Below are positions 8,888-17,849 of a stretch of 64,000 bases of DNA, piece by piece (the stretch's first letter is position 1; the number at the start of each line of letters is the position of its first letter). The notes beneath the pieces are model-generated. The model did not search any database. It saw nothing but the letters and a program-made list of their open reading frames with translations, and was not told where the DNA came from. Source of the stretch: Lactobacillaceae bacterium. GTDB lineage: Bacteria; Bacillota; Bacilli; Lactobacillales; Lactobacillaceae. Position numbers and translations under genes: made by a program. The stretch spans positions 694,102 to 758,101 of the forward strand of contig DASYFG010000004.1 of assembly GCA_036498565.1 (NCBI GenBank), in the 5' to 3' direction.

Positions 8888-10183
8888 TTATCTTTTAATA
8901 ATAGCGGTTTTTCGATGTAACTGATCTACTGCAATACTTGAACTACCTGTCACAATTTTCTGATGTGAATTAAGTAATATATTTTGGCTCACCACTATAT
9001 TAATTTTACCTACCTGGCTCGTTTTTGTTGATGTTCGAACTAATACATAAGGTGTTGCATGCAAACTCATGATTTTATTTTTAGAAATAGTAACCTTATG
9101 AGTCGGCGATGTTTTATCACTAGTGTAAAAACTCATCGCATATTGAGCACGATTCAGCAAAAAATAATTATTAGCTATCAGCATATTTTGCACAGCATTG
9201 AAATGAAGCGCACCTTGATAATTATTCTTTTCTTTTTTATTCTGCATGACCGGGCCACCGACAGGATCAATCACCCGATTATTTTCAAATATAATATTTT
9301 GACTGGCCATCTTTTTCTTAGGATCGTATCCATGTTGTCCCAATGGATTTTGAGCGCTAGTGATTTGCTTTCCGCTAACGACATTAGGTAAAAAACTCGA
9401 CTGTCTAATTTGAACATTGCTTGTAACGGCTGACTGGCGATGTTTAAAAGTTAGAGGTGAAACTTTTTGCCAAATTTCACGTTCAAATCGTGATAAGGAG
9501 CCTTTACTATTCGTATCCAATTGGACGGCCTCTGCTTTATACTGATGGGCATTATCCGTTAAATCTTTTTTGGTTAGTTGTCGATTTCCATAACCAATGA
9601 ATTTCATATTTTGTATCAAAACACCGCTAGTTGCATTCAAATCGAACGCATGATTGCCAAATGCCGTGGTGTTCTCCAAAGTGAGATTTATAAACTTATT
9701 ATTTTTCCCCTCTACCAAAGTGAAGTGTGCCGTGTTTTTATCACCATCTCCGCTTATCACACCACCATTCCATTCAAAGTTAGTGACGCCACTCGTTTCA
9801 TTGGTAGTTGGAATACCAAGAAAAACAACATTTCCTTTAACACTAAGTTCGGTTTTTTCTGCATGAATGGTTGTATTACTTGGTAATAGAAAAACTGTTT
9901 TTTGCTGACTTTCACCCAGCGTGTATTTCCCTTGCGGCAAATAAATATTCACTTTTTTATTTTGACTATTTTTTTGTTGCGCATTACTTAATAATTTCTG
10001 CAAAGCCAACGCATTTTGGCTACCCGATTGCTGTGGTTCGAGTTGCTTAATATTAGGTTGCGCAACTTTTAGCTGTAACGGAAATTGGGATTCTTGAACA
10101 GACTGCTGCTTTTCAGGTTGAAAAACAATAATAGTGCCTAGTAAGACGCCAACAAATATTCTGACAACAAATTTAATTATCAC
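8888..10183 (-). CDS. Membrane-anchored protein with probable right-handed beta-helix (pectate-lyase-fold) domain
   Basis: N-terminal TM segment 'VRIFVGVLLGTIIVF'. 'ALALQKLLSNA...VNIYLPQGKYTL' resembles the Pectate_lyase_3 N-terminal motif. Repetitive N/G-rich rungs follow ('FINLTLENTTAFGNHAFDLNATSGVLIQNMKFIGYGN'). The start context is odd (GGAGG only 1 nt before GTG). Confidence 0.5.
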   Translation of the reverse strand: MIIKFVVRIFVGVLLGTIIVFQPEKQQSVQESQFPLQLKVAQPNIKQLEPQQSGSQNALALQKLLSNAQQKNSQNKKVNIYLPQGKYTLGESQQKTVFLLPSNTTIHAEKTELSVKGNVVFLGIPTTNETSGVTNFEWNGGVISGDGDKNTAHFTLVEGKNNKFINLTLENTTAFGNHAFDLNATSGVLIQNMKFIGYGNRQLTKKDLTDNAHQYKAEAVQLDTNSKGSLSRFEREIWQKVSPLTFKHRQSAVTSNVQIRQSSFLPNVVSGKQITSAQNPLGQHGYDPKKKMASQNIIFENNRVIDPVGGPVMQNKKEKNNYQGALHFNAVQNMLIANNYFLLNRAQYAMSFYTSDKTSPTHKVTISKNKIMSLHATPYVLVRTSTKTSQVGKINIVVSQNILLNSHQKIVTGSSSIAVDQLHRKTAIIKR

Positions 10184-10215
10184 ACCTCCGTAATCATATC
10201 TTATCTACAAATATT

Positions 10216-10243
10216 CAAAAAAAGCATCTCACACGAGATGCTT
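10216..10243 (-). terminator. Terminator of the 519-aa TagF-like gene
   Basis: Stem agcatctc (10223-10230) / gagatgct (10235-10242), loop acac. The A-run 10217-10222 gives a U-tail on the minus strand. Confidence 0.75.
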
Positions 10244-10244
10244 A

Positions 10245-11804
10245 TCATTTGAAATATTTTAACACTTTTTTGATGTTTCGCCAACGGACCTGCATCGGAA
10301 TCTTAGGTGACATATCTTTGATTGCCTCAAACACACGTTCACTATTTCGATCATCCTCATATTTGAAATAGGATTTCTTGCGCGCCTGCTCAGTGGCTGT
10401 CAAGTAATATTGATGATCTGCAATCGTTTGCAAATTAGTCAATATATCATTGCCAATCAATTGACCAAACGGCACATCCGCCTCCATATACATCCCGACT
10501 TTGTCGTTATACTGTTCAAGGTCAAAGCGGTCAAATAATACTGGAATATCGCGATAATATGCTTCCCAAGCCAAGGATGAATAGTCTGTCACTAAAACAG
10601 CAATTCTACCAAGTAACTCACGTAAGGGTGTCTCATCACCGACAATGTTAATGGCATCCAACTCCCATTTTGGCATCATTTTAGCCACTTTTGGATGTAG
10701 CACGACAGAAATCTGTTTCTTTTGTGCCTTAGCCCAAACTTGCAGCTGTGGTGACGTCACTTGCGCGACAATATGTTGATAGTAGGCACTTTCCTTCATC
10801 GCTTCTTCCGAAACATCGTCAAGCCATGGACGCCAAGTGTAGAAGAAAAGAATCGTGTCACGCTCTTCTACTTTTGAAGGCTGCACACCATCCCAACGTG
10901 TCAGCCCCGTAACCGGAATACGCTCATTTGGATACTGCAAGTAGGTGTGAATGATTTCCTTTTCAATATCAGACGATGCAATGAAAAGCAACGGCGCTGA
11001 TATACTTGATGCAAAGAAAAATTTATCTAACTTCTTAAATCCCAACACACCATGCTGTAAAAAAATTAACGGACGTAATCGCACTAAGTTAGGAATAATT
11101 CCCACGTTATGTCGCCAAAAATAAGCATGAGCATTACTATCAGAACTGACAAAAAATTTGGACCGATGTAGTAAATACAAATGCTGAAATGATCCAAATC
11201 GCGTAATTGATTTGCTAAATGACGTCATACTTTCCCAATCTGGGGAGTGTTCATCTAGCAAAAAATACACACGTTGCTGTGGCTGATGGACACGTAAGTA
11301 TTTAAAAAAACTAGCTCCCGCGTCTTGCGCCCTTGATCCAAATTTTTCAAAAACTAACCATGGCCGATTAAAAGGCCAAAAAATATTCATTAAGACAGCA
11401 GCTAACAAAGCAACATATTGCATCCAAACATGTTTTTTCTCAAAACCGTTATTTGGCCGATAAGAGAAACTTAAATCGCCACCCTTGGCAGCATAAGCAT
11501 ATGCTTTATATTCACCATCAGTATGGACATCTAGTTGGTGCAACCTACCGAGAATTTTCCATAACTTTGTTAGTCTAACCCGTTTTGGCGTCTCTTCTCC
11601 AGGTAGATTAGCAAACATATCCCAATACGTCACCTGCCAAGGAAAATGATCAGCATCCAGTTTCCACGTTGCCTTATTTAGACGTTCTAGCTCAAAAGTA
11701 GTGCCAGTTAGGCGATGCCTGATCATTAAACTTTCGGCAAGCTGCCCACTATGTTGTTTAATAAATACTTGGTTTGATTTAATTTTCAAAGCAAAAGTTG
11801 CCAA
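10245..11804 (-). CDS. CDP-glycerol glycerophosphotransferase, TagF family
   Basis: 'VLVTDYSSLAWEAYYRDIPVLFDRFDLEQY' and 'FLQHGVLGFKK' motifs, plus a ~130-aa N-terminal extension. The start is TTG and uncertain. Confidence 0.8.
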   Translation of the reverse strand: MATFALKIKSNQVFIKQHSGQLAESLMIRHRLTGTTFELERLNKATWKLDADHFPWQVTYWDMFANLPGEETPKRVRLTKLWKILGRLHQLDVHTDGEYKAYAYAAKGGDLSFSYRPNNGFEKKHVWMQYVALLAAVLMNIFWPFNRPWLVFEKFGSRAQDAGASFFKYLRVHQPQQRVYFLLDEHSPDWESMTSFSKSITRFGSFQHLYLLHRSKFFVSSDSNAHAYFWRHNVGIIPNLVRLRPLIFLQHGVLGFKKLDKFFFASSISAPLLFIASSDIEKEIIHTYLQYPNERIPVTGLTRWDGVQPSKVEERDTILFFYTWRPWLDDVSEEAMKESAYYQHIVAQVTSPQLQVWAKAQKKQISVVLHPKVAKMMPKWELDAINIVGDETPLRELLGRIAVLVTDYSSLAWEAYYRDIPVLFDRFDLEQYNDKVGMYMEADVPFGQLIGNDILTNLQTIADHQYYLTATEQARKKSYFKYEDDRNSERVFEAIKDMSPKIPMQVRWRNIKKVLKYFK

Positions 11805-11826
11805 TATAATATTTTTCCTTGCTCAA

Positions 11827-12645
11827 TTAAATATATTCAACGAAATTTTGTTTAAATTTCTCGTGCAAATGTGCACCCCACAACCAAACAATCAGTGTAA
11901 CGGACCAAAAAATAATGGTTGTCGGCTGCCATATGATGTCCATTAAAGAAACATTTTTCATGTAAAAAGCTCTAAACGATTCAATTAAGTAGTAAATTGG
12001 ATTCAATCGTAGGATAACGCCAATTGCGTTATGCAAACCGTTTAAATTGATAATAACGCCAGACATAAACAAAGTGACACGCATGATAAAGCTAATCAGG
12101 GCACTGACATCAGGTACTAACACAACAATCGTCGAAAGTAACAACGCGACGCCATACACGAAGAGATGCATCGCAATCAACACGTAAAGTAGTCCTACGA
12201 TATTAAAGTGTAACTGAAAATGAAAATAAGCCGCAGCACCAATTGCCAATAACCACAAGACAATTAATGTCCAAATGTTAGAAAGAATTGAAATGGTTGG
12301 TAAAGTGCTTAAAGGAAACTTCATCTTACTTACTAGTCCTACTTGAGATCGGATTGAATTACTTCCTTTTGAAATACCTTCTTGCATGTAGAAGAATAAC
12401 GCCATACCACCAAATAACCAAACTGCAAAATAGCCAGTATGCGTAGTTCCCAATTCATGAGAGCCTCTCAGACCCAATCCGAACAGCACAAAGTAGACCA
12501 TCATTTGAAGAATCGGATTTAAAATTTTCCAAGCCAACCCTAAATAATGATTCTGGTACATACTTTGATCACCATAGCGAATCATGCGAATAATCAAAGA
12601 AAAGTTTTGAAGTTGTTCCATAAGTATTTTAAACGCTTTTTTCAT
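11827..12645 (-). CDS. tagG: Teichoic-acid/wall-polymer ABC exporter permease (TagG-like), copy 1
   Basis: ABC-2 type six-TM permease directly downstream of a TagH-like ATPase. It is a paralog of 39711-40526. Start set at ATG 12645. Confidence 0.85.
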   Translation of the reverse strand: MKKAFKILMEQLQNFSLIIRMIRYGDQSMYQNHYLGLAWKILNPILQMMVYFVLFGLGLRGSHELGTTHTGYFAVWLFGGMALFFYMQEGISKGSNSIRSQVGLVSKMKFPLSTLPTISILSNIWTLIVLWLLAIGAAAYFHFQLHFNIVGLLYVLIAMHLFVYGVALLLSTIVVLVPDVSALISFIMRVTLFMSGVIINLNGLHNAIGVILRLNPIYYLIESFRAFYMKNVSLMDIIWQPTTIIFWSVTLIVWLWGAHLHEKFKQNFVEYI

Positions 12646-12666
12646 AATCAAAACACTCCTTTTCTT

Positions 12667-14028
12667 TTAGTTTGTTCCCACAACAACGTCAGTGTTAGAC
12701 GTTGTGTCTTGGCTTGAATTCGCTTCACCATTTGGTGTCGTATCTTGATCATCTGGAATACCATCTCCGTCTGTGTCAATCACGCTGGTATCAGCTTCAC
12801 CGTTTGGTGTTGTGTCTTGATCATCTGGAATACCATCTCCATCTGTGTCAACAACCTCTGAACTTGATGATTTAGAAACCTTCGATGACGACTTATAAGC
12901 TTTGAACTGGGCTTTTTTAACTGATTTTTGAGCTTCTTGTTCTTGTTGATACTTTGCCATTTCTGATGAAAAAACCGTCAGACTTGTGAAAATAACAGCC
13001 AATATTAGAACGCCGGCAACTAACCAATTGATATAACCAAAGCGTTTTTGCTTTAATTTTTGTTTATTAGTGGTCAGCTGTTTTTGTAGTTGCTTACCAA
13101 CTTGTATTTTTTGCTTTTCTTGCTCAATTTTTTCAAGGCGACTACCCGCTACTGGCAAACTTTGTAATTTAGCTTCTGCCTTTGCTGCCATGTAAGACTC
13201 CAAAGAAAAACGTCGTTGCTCTTCTTTCATTTGCAGGTTGTAGAATTCGCGCTGCTCATCGGTTAACTGATTAAATGATGCTAGCCATTTTTCATATTTA
13301 GGGAGCACTTCGTCAACCGGTCCCATCATTCGAACTTCGCCAAAGTGCATCCAAATCACGCGATCCGCAATTTTACGTAGTTGACTCATTGAATGGCTCA
13401 CAAAGAAAATCGTTTTTCCTTGTGCTTTAAATTCTTTGATTTTGGCAAAGCTTTTATTGGCAAAGGTTGCATCCCCAACAGATAGCGCTTCGTCAATCAG
13501 CATGACATCAGGATTAGTATGTGCCATGATAGCGAATCCTAATTTTGATTTCATACCTGAAGAATAGCTCTTAACCGGTTGTTCAATAAACGCACCAAGT
13601 TCTGAAAAATCAATAATTGCCGGCATTAGCGCGTTGATTTCTCGATTTTTCAAACCGTTCATCAATAATTTAAGCCGAATGTTGTCCCGACCCGTTAATT
13701 GATTTTTCAAACCAGATCCAATCGCAATGATAGATGAATCACCGTGAATTTCAAGCGTACCAGTGGTTGGTGGATATATTTCACTCACAATATTTGAAAG
13801 TGTTGATTTCCCAGAACCATTTAACCCGATAACCGCCACAGCTTCGCCATCGTACACGTCAAATGAAACACCACGTAACGCCCAAAAATCGGTTTTCCCT
13901 TTTCGGCGAAAACTGAGCAAATTTCTGATTTTTTGGGAACGCGTCGTTAATAATTCAAATTGCTTAGTAATATTACGTACACGAATTTTTACTTTTGGTT
14001 GTGTATCTTCAGTCATAATTATTCTCAT
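12667..14028 (-). CDS. tagH: Teichoic-acid/wall-polymer ABC exporter ATPase (TagH-like), copy 1, with long C-terminal tail
   Basis: Walker A 'GLNGSGKSTL', signature 'YSSGMKSKL' and Walker B 'VMLIDEALS'. These are followed by a coiled/charged linker, one TM ('WLVAGVLILAVIFTSLTVF') and an acidic repeat tail. The start is ATG 14028 or 14016. Confidence 0.85.
   Translation of the reverse strand: MRIIMTEDTQPKVKIRVRNITKQFELLTTRSQKIRNLLSFRRKGKTDFWALRGVSFDVYDGEAVAVIGLNGSGKSTLSNIVSEIYPPTTGTLEIHGDSSIIAIGSGLKNQLTGRDNIRLKLLMNGLKNREINALMPAIIDFSELGAFIEQPVKSYSSGMKSKLGFAIMAHTNPDVMLIDEALSVGDATFANKSFAKIKEFKAQGKTIFFVSHSMSQLRKIADRVIWMHFGEVRMMGPVDEVLPKYEKWLASFNQLTDEQREFYNLQMKEEQRRFSLESYMAAKAEAKLQSLPVAGSRLEKIEQEKQKIQVGKQLQKQLTTNKQKLKQKRFGYINWLVAGVLILAVIFTSLTVFSSEMAKYQQEQEAQKSVKKAQFKAYKSSSKVSKSSSSEVVDTDGDGIPDDQDTTPNGEADTSVIDTDGDGIPDDQDTTPNGEANSSQDTTSNTDVVVGTN
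12722..12851 (-). repeat. 72-nt-period tandem duplication encoding DTDGDGIPDDQDTTPNGEA twice
   Basis: Units 12722-12779 and 12794-12851 differ at 4 of 58 nt, all silent. The peptide has a DxDxDGxxDxxD calcium-binding (thrombospondin-type-3-like) pattern. Confidence 0.85.
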
Positions 14029-14074
14029 CTAGCCAAACATTAACGTTGACCATACTCTTATTTTAATCTTAAAT

Positions 14075-14134
14075 ATCTAAAACAGGACTCGAACCTGTCA
14101 AAAATTAATGAATCTCTGTGCCCCACATTTAGAT
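14075..14134 (-). other. tRNA-like acceptor/T-arm minihelix (tRNA remnant?)
   Basis: Minus strand reads ATCTAAA-29 nt-ACAGGTTCGAGTCCTGT-TTTAGAT. This is a canonical T-arm flanked by a perfect 7-bp acceptor-like stem. There is no D or anticodon arm and no CCA. Confidence 0.45.
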
Positions 14135-14168
14135 ACTGATAAAGCTATTTTTTATCATCCACATACAT

Positions 14169-14621
14169 CTATTGCAAATCATTAACAATAGATGGAAAAT
14201 TTTCACTTGTATAAGCTTTCACCGCACCATCGTACAACCAAATATACTCTGTATCAATCAACGTGTATTGTCGGGTAAAAATTGGTCGAAAATCAGATGT
14301 TAAATACACATCATAATTACGTTGCCAAGTATCCAATTCATAATATCGCGAAAAACTCACGTGTGCGCCAGCTACAACATAAGTACGCTTGTAAGGTCGA
14401 TAATGCCCAGGTAAGAAGGTATCAACGTGGCGAACACTGCCATCAATTGTTTTGACACGCATAACGATATCTTCCTCTTTGAAGAACACAAGTTGATTGT
14501 CTTGCGTTTCGGATTGTTGTGCGCCTATGCGTTGTGACTCCACCTGAAGATAACTTTCTAAGTTATTGGCGCGTGGATTAATGGTTTCAATTATCCATTC
14601 AATTGTTTCACGTACATTCAT
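14169..14621 (-). CDS. Hypothetical cytoplasmic protein (150 aa)
   Basis: ORF with RBS AGAGGA 8 nt upstream and a 4-nt gap to the upstream gene. No TM segment, signal peptide or recognisable motif. Confidence 0.7.
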   Translation of the reverse strand: MNVRETIEWIIETINPRANNLESYLQVESQRIGAQQSETQDNQLVFFKEEDIVMRVKTIDGSVRHVDTFLPGHYRPYKRTYVVAGAHVSFSRYYELDTWQRNYDVYLTSDFRPIFTRQYTLIDTEYIWLYDGAVKAYTSENFPSIVNDLQ

Positions 14622-14625
14622 TTCA

Positions 14626-15846
14626 TTAATCCTCTTGCAAAAGCGTCATCCAACTTGAAACACGAATGACTTGTTGATAACGTTGTGCAAATTCCTTCAA
14701 ATTATCTTGCGCATCAAGAATCGCGACACTTAATCCGGCGGCTGTGGCGGCCAACAACTCATTAGGCAATATATAACCATCTTGCAACACAAGATTAATC
14801 GAAGCCCGAGCGATTTGTGCGATTTGTAGTGGCTCCTCGACAATTTGAATCAAGTTATCAAGCTGCAATTCACCCATTTTATCTAACAATACTGATTTAA
14901 CTTGATCATCTTGTGGCGCGATATACAAGGTTGCATTTATACCATCATCGATTCCCGCGCTAAAGTCATCAATAACTTCTTCTAAGTTATTTAACTGTTG
15001 GCCATTGACTTTGACTAGATATTGGAGCGGCTGTACCGTTTCAACATTAGCTTGAACAGTTAATTCGGGTACCACAACTTCGATTAAATCTTTCAAATAG
15101 GGAAATTCTGCTGAAATTTGTTGTTTTTGGACTTCGCTATTCACAATAATCTGATCGCGTTGTCCCAGAGGTGAATAAAAGAGCGCACGATTTTCTACAA
15201 AAACACCTGCTTCCAACGTATTCTTTTGAAAAACTGGTTTATCTAGATAAAAAATACGTTGTGCAACTGGTGTTTGTAATAAAGCCGTATCGTAATTACG
15301 TAGACTATTAACAACGATATCGTCAACTGTTGTGTTAATCTGCAACGATTCTTGAATAAAATCATCCTCGTTATCAAACAACCGTGTTTCACCGTTAACC
15401 TGCCAAATCAATTTCGTTAAATAATTATCTTCGAAGAATTTTTGCAAATAAATTTTCCCATCACTTGTATAAAAATCCTCTTGCGTTAACATTTGATTGA
15501 TGAAATGTTGTACACTAGCAACGTTTTCATATTGATCAACTAGAACGGCGGTTTCAACTTGTGCTGACCATGCTACTCTAATATCCACCCGAATGATTTT
15601 TTGGTGTTCATTAAAAACCACCGCTAATTTAGGTAGTCCTTGTAAATCATAAAACCATTGTTTGTCGCCTAAGAGAATCGGCTGCTCAATAAGTTGATTA
15701 AGATCTGGTACAATTTGACGAAGAATTTTTTGCCAATTATTCGTGGTGTTATTATCTTCACCATTATTGTTTACCAAAATTTGCGTCATGGTGTCTGGAA
15801 ACAATTGTGGTCGATCTGTTAATATCTTAGCACGCGTATCCATCAT
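14626..15846 (-). CDS. Hypothetical cytoplasmic protein (406 aa), acidic and Q/N-rich
   Basis: Long ORF in the operon. No TM segment or signal peptide and no motif I can assign. Confidence 0.7.
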   Translation of the reverse strand: MMDTRAKILTDRPQLFPDTMTQILVNNNGEDNNTTNNWQKILRQIVPDLNQLIEQPILLGDKQWFYDLQGLPKLAVVFNEHQKIIRVDIRVAWSAQVETAVLVDQYENVASVQHFINQMLTQEDFYTSDGKIYLQKFFEDNYLTKLIWQVNGETRLFDNEDDFIQESLQINTTVDDIVVNSLRNYDTALLQTPVAQRIFYLDKPVFQKNTLEAGVFVENRALFYSPLGQRDQIIVNSEVQKQQISAEFPYLKDLIEVVVPELTVQANVETVQPLQYLVKVNGQQLNNLEEVIDDFSAGIDDGINATLYIAPQDDQVKSVLLDKMGELQLDNLIQIVEEPLQIAQIARASINLVLQDGYILPNELLAATAAGLSVAILDAQDNLKEFAQRYQQVIRVSSWMTLLQED

Positions 15847-15879
15847 AAAATATTTTTTCCTAAATTATTTTTTCATCCA

Positions 15880-17847
15880 TTAGTCCACTAACCTATCTAC
15901 TCGCTCTTGTAGCATAATTGTTTTACCTAGTTCTGCGACATAGGCCTTGTACCAAGCTGGTTCGTAGTGATTTGTTGTTGGACCGTCTGGATGGTTATAT
16001 TGCCCACGTAAATTATAGCTATCCAAGTCAATGACATGAATATTTGGATAATGATCTACAATCCACTGTTCCATACGTTCGGCAAAGTAGTCGCCTCGAC
16101 GCCCTTCAGATTCAGCTTGCCCATAAAAAAGTTCATCGATTTTCACTTCTTTATGCTCACGATCCCAATAGCTATACGTACGATGCGCTTTTTGTAGAAT
16201 AATATGCGACTCGGGCATAATTGTGATTAAGCGTTCAAAAAAGGCTTGTGCTGCTTTTTCCCACATTGCCATGTAATTTTCAACATGAGTATGACTGATG
16301 ATTTGAACATCTTGTAAATCATAAAAAACGGATTTCAATTGCTGCTTATAGAAATAATAAGCCATGCTCAATTCACCATTTCCCCAATCAATCATTCCCA
16401 CATGTGAATCAGCATACAAATCAAATACAAAATATTCCGGTTGAGTTGCTTGTAACTGCGCAAAAAAATCTTTCTGCAAATCGGTCTCAATCCAATGACG
16501 ATGCTTTGGATTCAAGTTTAAGTTTTGCATCAATGTTAAACCACGTTGCGATGGTTTAGCCATAATTGAGGGTAATGATGTATGGAACTGCGTTTGAACG
16601 ACTTGGAAATAGGATTTATATTCAGGTGAAAAATACTCACTTGAAGCCAATCCTCGCCGTGAATAACAAGAACCCAATACCGCCAACTTAACTGGTGCAG
16701 ACTTCTGCGGCGCCATATTGACAACTAACTGTAAGCGATTAGCGCGCTTTTGAATGCGCCACGTACCCTTGGCGAATTGACCACCTAGCTTGTCATACGC
16801 TTCCAATCGCTTCATCAAAATCGACATACTTTGTTGTGTTTCTTGATTTTGAATCAACAGATCAAAGCGCTTGCTTCGATCATTTGATGCTAATAATTCT
16901 GGCGTCACACTAATCATACCATTCTTAAAAGGTAACTGCTGAACGCCTTGACCAGCCAACGCATTTTGATATAAAGAACGGCCACTAGGTTGGGCAATAA
17001 TACGATCCGTCTCAGAAAATGTACCTTCTAACTGGATGTGCAGTTGATCTTCAACTTGATTGATTTTGGCAACAATTGGATAATGTGACTTTATCGGTTT
17101 TGTTGCAACAATCAACCGTTTTTCATTCACTAAAGTGGTATACCGCATGTTCTCATGCGCTTGATTTTTACGCTTGTCAGAACGCAAGGGCACCAATACA
17201 CCATTTGCTTGAACTAGAATTTCAATGTAATTAGTTTCACGATAAACAATTGTTTTGTCAAAAACTGACTGTAAATGCACTACCAAATGCGTTGGTGTTT
17301 CACGTTGAACCGCTAATGTGAGTGGCTTATCATACGCAGCTTGAGAATCACGATCTAATAGGACACGCGCAACAACTTGCCAATCTTTAGACCAGTTAGC
17401 AGGCTTACGAATCACAACCATTGTTTGATTCTCAAAGCGAGAAAACTGCCCAAGGGCCACTTCATCTGGTAAAACCGTTATTTTCCATGCTCCGCGCTTA
17501 GAATAATGCTGCAAACCACCATTTTCTCGTTGTCCAACTAATTTAATTCCTGCACTAATACCTGAAAGAGAATCAGACGCTGTTTCTTCAGGAACGGTCA
17601 CCAATTCGCGCCGATTGTGCCGAACGCCAATTAGATTATACTCACGATACATTTCAAAAAATTCAGGTTGAGCATTCACGGAAAAAACAAAACCATTTTT
17701 CGTAGTATCATAGTTACCAACTAGTTGTAACGGTAAATGATCCAGTTCATCCTTGTACAATACTTCACGCAAAATCAATTGATCATATACTGCAGATTCG
17801 ATTTTAATCACAAGTTGATCTGCATCATAGTTCATTGAAAAGACCAT
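15880..17847 (-). CDS. Hypothetical two-domain protein (655 aa); C-terminal part possibly SGNH/DUF6270-like
   Basis: Start set at ATG 17847 (AGGAGA upstream, 2 nt after the GT4 stop). The C-terminal ~270 aa begin 'VKLAVLGSCYSRRG', resembling esterase block I. The N-terminal ~390 aa are unassigned. Confidence 0.65.
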   Translation of the reverse strand: MVFSMNYDADQLVIKIESAVYDQLILREVLYKDELDHLPLQLVGNYDTTKNGFVFSVNAQPEFFEMYREYNLIGVRHNRRELVTVPEETASDSLSGISAGIKLVGQRENGGLQHYSKRGAWKITVLPDEVALGQFSRFENQTMVVIRKPANWSKDWQVVARVLLDRDSQAAYDKPLTLAVQRETPTHLVVHLQSVFDKTIVYRETNYIEILVQANGVLVPLRSDKRKNQAHENMRYTTLVNEKRLIVATKPIKSHYPIVAKINQVEDQLHIQLEGTFSETDRIIAQPSGRSLYQNALAGQGVQQLPFKNGMISVTPELLASNDRSKRFDLLIQNQETQQSMSILMKRLEAYDKLGGQFAKGTWRIQKRANRLQLVVNMAPQKSAPVKLAVLGSCYSRRGLASSEYFSPEYKSYFQVVQTQFHTSLPSIMAKPSQRGLTLMQNLNLNPKHRHWIETDLQKDFFAQLQATQPEYFVFDLYADSHVGMIDWGNGELSMAYYFYKQQLKSVFYDLQDVQIISHTHVENYMAMWEKAAQAFFERLITIMPESHIILQKAHRTYSYWDREHKEVKIDELFYGQAESEGRRGDYFAERMEQWIVDHYPNIHVIDLDSYNLRGQYNHPDGPTTNHYEPAWYKAYVAELGKTIMLQERVDRLVD

Positions 17848-17849
17848 AT

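Noticed and set aside
12722-12851. Tandem direct repeat considered as a CRISPR-like or VNTR non-coding array
   Set aside because: There are only two units and no spacers. It lies in frame inside tagH and encodes an identical peptide twice, so it is a coding duplication.
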